Of a stretch of DNA of 64,000 nucleotides, positions 37,801-51,700 are shown in pieces. The notes under the pieces were generated by a model, which had not been told where the DNA came from, ran no database searches, and saw only the letters and a list, made by a program, of their open reading frames with translations. How positions within the stretch are numbered: the stretch's first letter is position 1; each line of letters begins with the position of its first letter. Made by a program: the position numbers and the translations under genes. This DNA comes from Chrysomallon squamiferum (Eukaryota; Animalia; Mollusca): contig CM022666.1 in the NCBI GenBank assembly GCA_012295275.1, positions 10,664,001 to 10,728,000 of the forward strand, in the 5' to 3' direction.

Positions 37801-40062
37801 GTGATGTCAAATATCAAACATTATGGAGTGTTGTGTATGTATGCAAATGTTATCATCTTGAGCAGTACTTCCCAGTGGGAGTAGCACCTCACTGATTTTC
37901 TAACATGATGATGATGATAATTAATTTACAGTTGCTCCCATTTCTTACTCGGTGTTTACTGTAAATACATTTTTTTTTTTTTAAATTTTATTAAATGGAT
38001 TAGTGGGCGCTGGAGATGAAGTTAGGAAAACATTTTAAAACCACTGATCTAGAGCCGCCTTGAAAGTTGTTTTTGATTATTTGGTGAATAAATACACAAC
38101 AGTTATATTCGTAACTTTTAACTAAACAGCTATTTATAATTTGGAAAGTTTATAAAATAACCTATATCCCTATTATGTTTCTTCTCTCTTTATCTCTGTG
38201 GTTTTTAACTGTCTGATAATAAACATGGATAACAACTGTGCTGGGTGCTATATTAATTACAATACCTCTTTCATTATCTTTTCTTGTCTTCATATAACTT
38301 TTAACTTTTCTGATTCTTACTCTATGTGACAAAACAAGTTAAATTAATTTTTATAGGTTGAATTTAATACGTATTTTATTTCATACAAACCAGATGTTTC
38401 CCTTTCCTCAAATCTTCATACTGGCAATGAAAGTTTACATTTTCTGTAATATTATTGTTCATCAGAATACATTTATATACTTGGCATATCTTACCTGGAC
38501 ATTTTATGGCCCCCAGGCCACATACAACCCTTTGCTTGACTCTGACTGGCCCATGTAAGGTTAACTGGGAATTACAAAATAAACATATTTTCTAATTTCA
38601 CCTCATGCATGGACTAAAGCTGCATTACTTTTATTTTGAAGGTGCTTTTTTATTCACATACAAAACGACTCAATACATAAATCAAGATGTGTGTGTGATT
38701 GAATCATTGTCACAAGCAGGTTGCAATACAACTTCAGCACTCAAAGTGTCTGCTCATGCTAAAAAAATAAAGGTAGATAGATGCTGAATGCTGGGTTTTC
38801 AACAAAAAATTTACTGAAATTGGAGAGCAGATGTCCATGTTTAAGGATTACAATTTCAGTTGGCATTACCAGATGAAACGTGGAAAAATACAAAAATTGC
38901 CTGATGCTGAAAGGGCGTGGACATTGGAAGCTTTGCTAGCTAAGCTACAAAAACAGCAAGCTTTTTTTACCAAGCTTCACACATGCAACAACCAAGACTA
39001 GCTTTGTGATATCCCTCAAAATCACTAAAACGGTAAGCCATTCTTGGTGGGGAGTTTGTCAAAGACTGCTGGCTGGACTCTGCAGAACTAACATGCCCTG
39101 AAAAAAAAAGCATTTGAGCAAGTTCTGCTGTCCAGGTGAACTGTGACGAGAAGGATCGAGGATATTTGGAGTACAAAGACAATATTGTGATGTCTTTAGA
39201 AAGCTAAGAACCTCTTTCCAAATGTATATAAAACATTTATGTGGCTCCATGGAAAAAATAACTGCCCACCCCTGTCTTACTTGGTTGCTTATATAAGGGA
39301 GATAACTCTTGCAGTCTCCATTTTTGATACCAGTCAACAAATATTTGACTGACTGAATTTAGAATTATTATATTAGTTTATGGAAATTAAATTTAGGCCT
39401 AAATAATAATAAACTAATGAAGAAGAAGAAGATGATGATAGTTAAAAGAAATTTAAGAAAAAAGAAATTCCAAAGAGAAAAAAGATTAATTCTTTGTTTG
39501 GTCTTATCAATCTTTTTATCATTAGATCATGCACAGTGGATCCCAGAATTAATCTTTTATTGATGCACTTTCTGTCTGTTTTCTACTCTAGTCACTGCTC
39601 ACTGCCTAGTTTGTCAGAGGCTGTGGGTTTCAACTCATAAAGTAATGTCATAATTATACCAAGAGCTGTTATTTGACACATAAATCTAAAAAAATACTCA
39701 GGTTGTTAAATAAACATTCAGTTTTCTGTGGTGAAGAAAAGTCTACTGTAATACTAGCATATTTTAAATAATGCATTTACTTTATCCTCATATAAAAAAG
39801 GCAATTCAAAATATATTAAAAATATTTCAATTTGTGTCACAGAATATTTGTCATCTTTCTCTCTCACTCACATAAACACATATATTCACACACAGACATA
39901 CACATACATACACATCTGAGCAAACACAACTGTTTTAAAAACAACAAAAGCAAAACCGAAATAAAAAATAAAAATAAAAATTACAAAAAAACAAACAACC
40001 CCTCCATTTACCATTTACCCATTTACAATACATACATATATATATATATAATGTTTAATATT

Positions 40063-40105
<43 letters not shown>

Positions 40106-43100
40106 AACTTTTTAACTCTTTACAATGTATTTTATGACCCGCTATGATCTGTTTCATAGTTGTACACACCAAAAGAGTTTTATTATTTCATAAAACGCAA
40201 ACTAAAGTCACATTTTGTTACTGATCATTATACTGAAGAATAGTGAATATGTTTGACAGGAAGGAAAAGGAACTCGATGATTCACTCTATAGTAAAACAC
40301 ATTCCTGTGGTGATTCTTTGATAGTCAGTAAGAAATTCTTTAATATTAATGAAACTGCCTTGGGCAGGATGAAATAGATACAAGAGTCAGGTTTGAAAGA
40401 AAAATAATATAGGTCAGAGTAAGTGTGTGGTCAGTTTAACCATGCGTGGGTGGATTGTTGTCATACCTGTGTATATCTGTGCTGTTTTGTGTGTGATACT
40501 GTATAGTGTTATGGTTTTTAAGTTCTTGTGTTTACACTGTTTCATATTTTATACACTGAATGGGTGAAAAGTTATATACAAAATGTATTTTATGCATTGT
40601 TACAGTTTGTTTTAGTTACTATTATACTTTTAAAAGTTATTTTTGAACTCTGATACATGTTTTTTAAAATAGTAGTTTTCTTCTTTTTAATTTTAGTGTA
40701 CAGAATATGCTGTTTACATTGTTCTTTTTAAACATTTTATATTTAGGAGCATTAATTTACTCTGTTTACATTTTTTTAACTGTATTAATATTATTATTAT
40801 TATTATCTATTTAATTTTTATGACTTGTTATTTTATTTATTCATTTATTTTTATTATTATTTTTTAAACTGCAATATAATAGTATGTAGTTGTATATTAT
40901 TCATAATACTATAACTATACATAGGTGAATAGTATGCTGTACTTCCTAAGTAACTTAATCATTTTAATTATTTTTTATAACAGTATAGCACATCAGTTTA
41001 ACACACTGTTTTAAAAGTTTTATATTTTATTTTCTGATAACAATATCATACATTGTAGAGAAGAGAATTTCCAGTGTTTAATTTCAGCCACATACAAGGA
41101 AGTAACAGTGATTATTAGACACATTAAGTCAGTTGTTTATCCTCAGTAGAGAACAATAATTTTATTTGATCACTGTTTACAAAGCAGAGTGAGGTTTTAG
41201 ATCATAGATCTTACTTTTTTTTATAGCTTTCTGTTCATGTTTCTTACTCTGTGATTGCACATTTCTGACTGAACAGAAGACTATGTGAGTAGTTCTTTGT
41301 ACATGCTAATCAATCATGCTTTTTTATTGTTTACGTTTATACTATCTTGTTCTGCACCCACACTTTAAAATAATTAAAATGAATTAGTGAAAACATATTA
41401 ATGTTCACTGTTGCAATAGTAAATCCCTTTTGTTAAATCTTGAACTAGTTTAATCTGCTCTATAGTCTAGAGAAATTGAAAATCAGACCAGAGTGCTTGT
41501 TAAACCATTTTGAGTTGATAGTTAGTGTTTTTGATGTAATTGGCAAGTAACTTCTTTAAAAATATTTTTCTTTCTTTCTTTTTTCTTTCAGTTTTTAAAT
41601 AAGTTTTGATAGATATATATAATTTGTTTGCTTCTGTTTTATTTTAATAAAAATTGTTCAGGAAGTTTTAAAAAGACAAAACAATTTATTTTTATAAACC
41701 TTCCTCCACTTTTGCTATTACACTTAAGTTTAAATAATTTTTAGAACAAGCAAATCATATAACATATCACATGTGATTATAAATAATATTAAAAAAACAA
41801 TACATTGATTGATTTGTACTTAAATTTATTTTAAAATTATTTTAGAACATATGAAAGTTCAGTTTTGAAAATTCTGCTTGAAATTCTCGGAATGTGTTTT
41901 TGTGTTTGGTCTGTGATGACAGATAATTCAAAGAGAACAGTTTTAAAATGACAAATGAGTCAGAATTATTTATGTGAGAAACAGAAAAACAATTTCAGAT
42001 GTAATGAGACAGAAACATAATTTATAGCTTTTGTTTAAAACAGCAGAAATCAATTTAAAAAGACTTACATTTTTTCTCATTTCAAACATTGTAAAAAGGA
42101 GAAAAAATAAGTAAATAACAAAAAAAAAAAAACAAAAAAAAAAAATATAAAGTTGAGAAAGAGTAAAGAAAAAAGATCAGTATATTTTTATTTTTATATA
42201 GATAACATTTATTCATTAAATTTCTAAATTATTACATTTATACATTCATATATGAAATATAATTAACAATATGAAATTTTTCAAATAGATTATTAATAAA
42301 CTTGACTTTTTATACAACATATATTTACATTAATGTTTAATTTGCATCAATTATATTGTTGGTAATCTTTGATTAACTGAGTTTAAATTTTTCATGTAAA
42401 TCTTGAGTGTAAAACTGAGTATTAATAATCTAATTTCTAACAATTTATTAGGAACTGTCTTTTAAATTGGCCATAGAATTAATTGCTATAGAGTAAGTGT
42501 TACTTTCCCTGTAATTTCATATCATTTAGAATTTTTATTATTCTTATGTTTTTATATTGTCTACTTCTATCAATTTATTATTAACTCCTTTTTTGTCTTC
42601 TTTTTTTCCGTAAATAGTGTAATAAACTAGTATTAAATTTAAAAACAAAAGTTAAACTAATGTAATGTATAAACCTATATAATAAAATAAATACTAAAGT
42701 GATAGCTACATAAAACTTGATAATAAAATATTAAAATTAAATTGTGATATATTGTATAAAACTACATAATAAAATATTAAATTGTGATATATTGTATAAC
42801 TACATAATAAAATAAAGTTAAATTGTGATATATTTTATAAAACTACATAATAAAATATTTACATTAAATTGGGATATATTGTATAAAACTACATAATAAA
42901 AGATTAAAGTTAAATTAGGATATATTGTATAAATCTACATAAAAGATTAAAGTTAAATTGTGATATATTTGTATAAAACTACATAATAAAATATTAAAAT
43001 TAAATTGTGATATATTGTATAAAACTACATAGTAAAATATTATAATTAAATTGGGATATATTGTATAACACTACAAAATAAAATATTAAATTGTATACCT

Positions 43101-45145
43101 GGTTTAAAACTAGATAATAAAGATCTAAACTGTGATGTATTGCATAAAACAATATAAAAAACAACTGAAGTTAGACTGAAATATATTAAGAATTTAAAAC
43201 CTGTATAATCAGCTATCAGTATTCTCATGAGAACAATTAAACTGGAGTTTAAAAACAAAGCTAACACCATTGTAAACTTAGTTTTTAAACTCCACTTTAA
43301 TTATTCTCTTCAAAATATCAGTTTAAAACATAGATGCTTTTTTTAATACAAACATCTGTTTTCCTTATATGGGATCTAAGAAGAGCGGTAGCCGATGTCT
43401 GACTGCAACATCTGTTATTATCACTAGCGTAGAGAGTGGGTTAAACTCTATCTACCTCAGCACCTCTCTCTCCACTATCCTGTTTCTCCAGTTACTTTAA
43501 ACCTCACTGCTGTACCTGAACTGATTCCAGGTCATCATTCTCCATACACCTTCTCCAAGATTTATCATTCTGTGTAGTGGAACTGGTTTTTTTGTTGTTG
43601 TAGTTACATGTGTATGTATATATAGTTATATCACCATGAGTTTTCTTTCAACTTCACCCAATGGTGTGAGATAAAAGTGTTTATGTTATTTAACAGATAT
43701 ACTTTGTATTGTATAAACAATGTGTGAGATATATTCTGCAGTATCCAGTGAGTGTTTATGATGGAGTTTGTGTCATGTTAATGGATTAACTGATTGTGGA
43801 ATATGCAGAAGAAGTATGCCTGTGTTAAGCTGGTTCATTCTCGAATCACAGTATATTACTCAAGTAAGATAGATCTCCGCTGGAAACGTTCTCTTCACAA
43901 CTGCCAGTCTTGTAAAATACTCAGCCACTATGGCGTCAACTGTGGTGCAATTCATTATGGAATATGTTCTGCGATCACCTTTCCATTTCTCCTTGAAACC
44001 AAAACAAAGAAAAAAGCAAAACAACAGGACAAACAAAATGAAACAGTCTCACAGTTACCAAAAAGTGAGACAAAAACTGCACCTCCAAATGAGTCAGTTA
44101 CCATTTCACAGAGTGAGAACAACACACATATCCATCTGCATCCTAGTGAGACAGATACAATCTCACGCCTGTCCCAGGGTGAGGCAAATATTCGATGTTA
44201 TGTGCCTCAGGGTGAGACAACTGCTGTCTCACAGTTACCACAAAGTGAGACAAATGTTATTCAGTGTTTACCGCAGGGTGCTGTTATACAACAGGTATAC
44301 ATTTTAGAATTTTAAAACTCATTTTCTGTTTCTGTCTTTATAACTATTATTTTATATTGTAATATTTTTTGATTATGTAAAATGCATATATAAACTAATA
44401 AATTTACACATATATGTACATATTTATATACATTCATGCAGTTTCACATGTACATTAACATGCATATGCACAAAAGTGTACTTGTATTAGTCTAACTTCA
44501 GTTACACACGTATTTCCATCTTTGAGCCATGTTTAATAATAATAAAATGTAACTACTTTAACAAGTCTACAAGAATGAAGGAAATCTTATATTTTATCCT
44601 TTTTTTTTTTTTTTTTTAAATTAATTATTTCATTATATTTTAATTATAATTCTGAGTATAAATTGTCATACAAAAAACACCAAACAGAAAACCCCAAAAC
44701 AACAAACAAAACAAAAAAGCTATAAATAAATTAATGAATAGATAAAAAAAAGAGCAAATGATAGTTTATGAAATGACTTGTTAAATTTATTATTAGGAAA
44801 GTGGAAGAGTACAAAGATTGACTTGACTGTTATAACCTCACATTTTAGTTCAGTCAGTTACTGAATTCATTCATCATGTGCTTTTATCTTCCCATTTCTC
44901 ATTTGTTGAGATAAAACAATCTCACTGAAGTATAGATGGATTTTGTTCATTCACCAGATACCAGCTTAATGTATTACTGAAGTTACCTTCCCACATACTT
45001 AACATATCATTACACTGTATATTTCTTACTTATCTGTATCTTTTGATTTATATATCTGTTTATCATTTCCTTGTTTACTCACTTTCTGTACCTAAATGTC
45101 TGGCTATATTATTTACTTTCTTTCTCTCTTTCACTGTCCCTTATT

Positions 45146-45222
<77 letters not shown>

Positions 45223-45596
45223 CTAAAATAATATATACACATACACTGCCAACTTGTTCTTACAACAAACATCTCAAGTTGAATGTCAGTCAGTATATAT
45301 GTTTTATTTTTAGCTCTTATTCTCAGAGAGTGTTGGAATGACTTACTAATAGAGCAGAGGGGAACATAGTTGTGCTACCCTCATAGATGTCTGATAACAC
45401 ACAACACTTAGGTCATACATTAAAACAAAAATATATCAAACCTCAGTGAATATCTGTGTGTACATGTTTATGTGTGTGTTTTTAGAGTATTTTAAAAGCA
45501 GTAAACTGTTGATTATGTATGTAATATGTATGTATAAATGTGTATATGTATATATATTTTTCATTTGTACAATAAACAGAAAAGTAAACTCACCCC

Positions 45597-45647
<51 letters not shown>

Positions 45648-45687
45648 TCACTACGAACCTCATTTTTAAGTAACAGTCCAAATAGCA

Positions 45688-45727
<40 letters not shown>

Positions 45728-48700
45728 TTATTTATTTATTTATTTATATATTTATATATTTATTTATTTTTTGTACAGTTTTTATTCCTTTTAGGAAATA
45801 GCATCACTGGTTATAAACTGAACATTAGCAAACTATGTTTACTACTAGTTTTCCCAAGTGCCTGCTTATTGGGATGGGCTGAATAATTATACAAAGTAGT
45901 TATATCACAGCCATCTATAATATTAATAAGGAGAGGTCTGTATTTAAATTCAGCCATGTATAAAATGAAGTTTAGAACAGGAGACATAAACTTTCTGACA
46001 TGTTAGTGAAATAAAAACAGATAAAGTCTGTTTTCCAGACATTTTCATATATTAATGTAGCTCAATATATTTTATTATTAAATGCTGATTTTTTTCATAC
46101 TAAATTTACTTATTTTTGAACTACTTGAAGCCGTCTTATTAATAAGGTTTTTATTTTTGACTAATTTTTTTAAAATATACCTGAATATATTTTAATAAAG
46201 TAACTGAAAATGTGCATTTGAAATGTGTTTTTGAAATTATTATTAAGGCTTTCATTTTTTTAATATATATATAGAATTTAAAAAAAAATTCTGATTAAAT
46301 TATGTGATAGTATGATGTATTTTTAAATTATTTTATTTTATTATTATTTTTTTAATATTATGAAAAAGGAAACCTGACAAGACTCCAGGGATTATGCTTA
46401 TCAATTGCCTACAAAGTGTCTATTGTATCTTCTTTCCCATAGGTTGAACAATGTACACCACATAATAAACAATTATGTAGGATCTAAAAATGGCTAAATA
46501 AATGCACTGTGAATGTTGGATCTTAGATTCTGTTGTACTGTGCCTTACAGTAGAATGAACTACAGCAAAATTATATCATACTGAATTTGCTTTAGTTTGT
46601 ATTTTGCCTTATACATACTGTTATTTGAAATTTTTAATTTAACCTCATCTATTATACTACTTTGTACTAACTATGGAAGTCATAGAAATATTTGTATGCT
46701 TGATACTTTCCACAATCGAAGGATGATTAAGAGCCACCAAAAAATAAAAAAATAAAAAAAAAAAAAAGAAAAGAAAACGACTACAACAACTCCTAAAAAT
46801 ACAACAACAATAACACCCCAAAAAGTCTATGTATTTTTATTTGGTGTATTCAGGGAAGATGAAAACTAGATGTAGTATTAAAACAATGTGTTTGGAAAAT
46901 GTTAGGTTTCTATTAGGTTGTACAGATATTGGAGATAATTAAATTAATGTTAACAGTATTGTGTGAAATACTGTCTACAAGATTGTTTTTTTTATCTTAT
47001 TCATTGAAATAACTGCATTTGTAATTGTGTAACAAAATTGTCATAGAATTAGGAATAATATAGATACATAAACATTACCAAGAGAACAAATCAAATATTA
47101 CCTGTGGTGTATGAAATATGTTTATCAGTTTGTTTATTTTATTTTAATTTTTATTGATGTTTTTCCATGGTTCATTTTTTAATTTTCTCTCTCTTTCTCT
47201 TGATGTTTATTAGGTGTTATATCTGCATTGTCATTTCATTTGTATTATTTATTGTTATTGTTTCATATTTATTATTTATTTCTTACTTATTATTTTCTTA
47301 CTGTGTTGTAGCCAGCAGTTACCAGCCCAAAGGAGAAGGAAAATGTTCTTGGCTTTGCACAAGACAAACCTATCAAAGACAAACCTGCTGTTGATGCTGA
47401 TGTTACTAGAACTGTTCCACCATTTCCTAATGACCTTGAAGACAAAGAGAACAAACAAAAGCGACAGAGTAGAACATCTTTCAGAAACTCGGCCATCAGT
47501 ATCCCCAAATTCTACTTCCCAACAGGCAAACCGACGTCAGTGGAAGAGACAGTATCTGTTCTGCAAAGAGTTGCTCAGGAGTTCTCAACATTTGAGGAGG
47601 GAAAAGCTTACAAACAACAGATGGGGGTTGTAGCCAAGGTGCATATGTCTCTTCTTATTTCTTTTTTATATTTTAACTTTTTTTTTTTTTTGTAAAAGTT
47701 TAAATATTTATCTTTTAAACTACAGGAATTTATCTTTTCAGTTCATAATTCTTTTCTCTCCTTTTTTTAATTTAATTATTATTTTTTTTAAACACTAATG
47801 AACTATTTTGGCATGATTATAATTTTGGTTTTTTCTTTTTGTGAACCTTCATTCAAGGAATTCATGTTTGCACTAAGAATGAGTCTATTGAGCATGCATG
47901 CATATGATCTGGCTGTCTTAAAAATCCAGAATAGTATTGTACAGTAAATTATATTCTTATGGTGTGGCATACAGTATGCTAGAATACTGTAGTCAGTATA
48001 ATTTATATTGGTTTTACCAGTTCTTAGTAGTATCAGTACATGGGCTCTCTAATTATAAATACATATAGGATTAAACTGTATAATTTATGTAAATGTTTTG
48101 AGAATCTGTGGGAATCGTTGAACCATATGCTTTCAGATAACATAGGATGTCTTTTTTGAGTGTCACACATGCTTACAGAAAATACTTGCTGATAAATATC
48201 TTGCATACACCAATGATAATTAGTTAGGCAGTTTGTTGAAACTTGTAACAAAGAAATTAAAACAAAAAATACTGATTTTGTTTCTAAACTGCACTGTTTA
48301 TAACATACCTAATTTATAAAGAATAGGTTTTGAATTTCACCTGACATATTTACAAAAAAGAAGAAAAGTAAAGAGAAAGCAAAATTATAAAATATAATAT
48401 ATTTTGATTTAACATAATTAACTGTATATTAACAAATGTGTCTGTACAGCAATCTGGCTTGTAGTTACTGAAACATTCCTTACACAGCAAACATCAAGTG
48501 GTATGAGTTACTTTTGGCAAATATGTTGATCAAGACTTTGGTGGCAGTTAAGAATGAACAGAGCTGTAATATTTGTGCATTGAAACATAGGATTCTGAAT
48601 AAATTCAAACAGTTGTAGACAAAATATAGAAAACACTTAGTGACTGAGGTATTGTTAAAATAAAGAAGTAACATTTTATTTAGCATTATACTCGACATGT

Positions 48701-51700
48701 TTTTAATATGTAGGTAAATGATAAATATGATTAAGGACAGTAGTGAGGAAACCCATTGCATCAGACAATAGGCTGCTCTTTTCTGATTAGCAGAAAGGTC
48801 CTTTATATAATTAATGTTTCCACTTAATGATTATTTTATTTTTTATTTTTATGAAATAAGATTCAGTCTGTGCAAATTTTGTCAATTCATATTGTATTTT
48901 TTTATATAATTATATTTTTTTGGTTTTCCAGGCCTGCAACCTTCCATTTTACTGGAAGAGTATTTTGTTTCAGTCAGCTGGGGGTAAAGAAGTTGGCTTT
49001 GTCACACTTCAAGCATTTACTTCCATGTGGAAAAAGTAAGTTATCTCTATGTGATTAAATTAAAAAATACATGCATATATTGGCGTACATAAAAGAGAAA
49101 TAATTGTGTGCGCATGCATGTGTATGTTTGTATGTTGTATGTGTGTGTGGAAAAGCATACAAGTGTGAATTTCTGTGACTTAAATAATAAGGGACTTAGC
49201 TAGAAATTAAAGGTTATATGTATGAGAGAGAGAAACTGTATAAGAGAAAGAACATGATACAGGGACAGGCAAAGATATCTGTAGAGAAAAGGAAAGATAG
49301 TGAATGAAAGAAAGAAAAAATATGAGATAGAAAGAATGGAAAAACTGTAAGAGAAAACAGGTTAAATACAGTTACTGAATACATTTCTGTTGTGAATATG
49401 AAAATCCTAAGGTTCTATTTTTAAATCAACAAAGAACACACCTAGTGAAAATATTCAAATTATATAGGTTTTCCTATCTTATTTACCCTCAGGTATTCCC
49501 AGATATTTGACTTGATTTATTTTTTACATACGTACATAATTTCATTCATAAGAAAAAAAAGCATAGATATTTATATGATAATGATTTGTTCATCCATCCC
49601 TCCATCTTTCTGTCTACCTACCTGCCAGTCAACATGTCTATCATATCAATATGGGAATAAATATTTCATTTTTCAGACTAGTCGAAAGTTGTCATGATCA
49701 GGCATCCAAATTTATTCATCTTCTTGCTAAGCCTGGTCGAACCTATCTTCAAGAAGACGATTTTGTACCTCTTATTCAGGTAAAACAATAAACAGACAAG
49801 AGATATTAATTTACTTGTTAAATACATACATAGATGTCACATACAAACTTATGTACAATGTGCATATTAGACATATATACATACACCCACTCATATATAT
49901 ATATATATATATATATAAGTTTAATTATGTTTAATATTAAAAAATGGCATTGATCTGCATTTCAAAAATAGGATTAATAGTTTCAGTAGTAGTAGTTGTA
50001 ACAACAGTAATTATAGTTAATGATAATTGTAGTTAATGATAATAAAATATAATAACAAAAATATAGAAATACTAGTGATAATAGAAATTGCAATGGCAGT
50101 ATGGTAAAATAGAACAAATAATAGTAACGTATTGATAGCAGTTTTACTGCTGTTATTAATCATAGTGATAGTGGTATTGTTAACAGTGTCAGTGTTGTTG
50201 TTAATCATAGTGATAGTGGTAATGTTAACAGTGTCAGTGCTGTTGTTAATCATAGTGATAGTGGTACCGTTAACAGTGTCAGTGCTGTTGTTAATCATAT
50301 TGGTAGTGGTACTGTTAACAGTGTCAGTGCTGTTGTTAATCATAGTGATAGTGGTACTGTTAACAGTGTCAGTGCTGTTGTTAATCATATTGATAGTGGT
50401 AATGTTAACAGTGTCAGTGCTGTTGTTAATCATAGTGATAGTGGTACCGTTAACAGTGTCAGTGCTGTTGTTAATCATATTGATAGTGGTACTGTTAGAA
50501 TGTTTGTGCTGTTGTTAATCATAGTGATAGTGGTACTGTTAACAGTGTCAGTGCTGTTGTTAATCATAGTGATAGTGGTATTGGTAACAGTGTCAGTGCT
50601 GTTGTTAATCATAGTGATAGTGGTACTGTTAACAGTGTCAGTGCTGTTGTTAATCATAGTGATAGTGGTACTGTTAACAGTGTCAGTGCTGTTGTTAATC
50701 ATAGTGATAGTGGTACTGTTAACATTGTCAGTGCTGTTGTTAATCATAGTGATAGTGGTACTGTTAACAGTGTCAGTGCTGTTGTTAATCATAGTGATAG
50801 TGGTATTGTTAACAGTGTCAGTGCTGTTGTTAATCATAGTGATAGTGGTATTGTTAACAGTGTCAATGCTGTTGTTAATCATAGTGATAGTGGTACTGTT
50901 AACAGTGTCAGTGCTGTTGTTAATCATAGTGATAGTGGTACTGTTAACAGTGTCAGTGCTGTTGTTAATCATATTGATAGTGGTACTGTTAACAGTGTCA
51001 GTGCTGTTGTTAATCATATTGATAGTGGTACTGTTAGAATGTTTGTGCTGTTGTTAATCATATTGATAATGGTACTGTTAACAGTGTCAGTGCTGTTGTT
51101 AATCATAGTGATAGTGGTATTGTTAACAGTGTCAGTGCTGTTGTTAATCATATTGATAGTGGTACTGTTAACAGTGTCAGTGCTGTTGTTAATCATAGTG
51201 ATAGTGGTATTGTTAACAGTGTCAGTGCTGGTGTTAATCATAGTGATAGTGGTACTGTTAGTAGTGTCAGTGCTGTTGTTAATGATATTGATAGTGGTAA
51301 TGTTAACATTGTCAGTGCTGTTGTTAATCATATTGATAGTGGTACTGTTAACAGTATCAGTGCTGTTGTTAATCATAGTGATAGTGGTGTTGTTAACAGT
51401 GTCAGTGCTGTTGTTAATCATAGTGATAGTGGTATTGTTAACAGTGTCAGTGCTGTTGTTAATCATAGTGATAGTGGTATTGTTAACAATGTCAGTGCTG
51501 TTGTTAATCATAGTGACAGTGGTATTGTTAACAGTGTCAGTGATGTTGTTAATCATAGTGATAGTGGTACTGTTAGTAGTGTCAGTACTGTTGTTAATGA
51601 TATTGATAGTGGTAATGTTAACAGTGTTAGTGCTGTTGTTAATGATATTGATAGTGGTACTGTTAACAGTGTCAGTGCTGTTGTTAATGATATTGATAGT

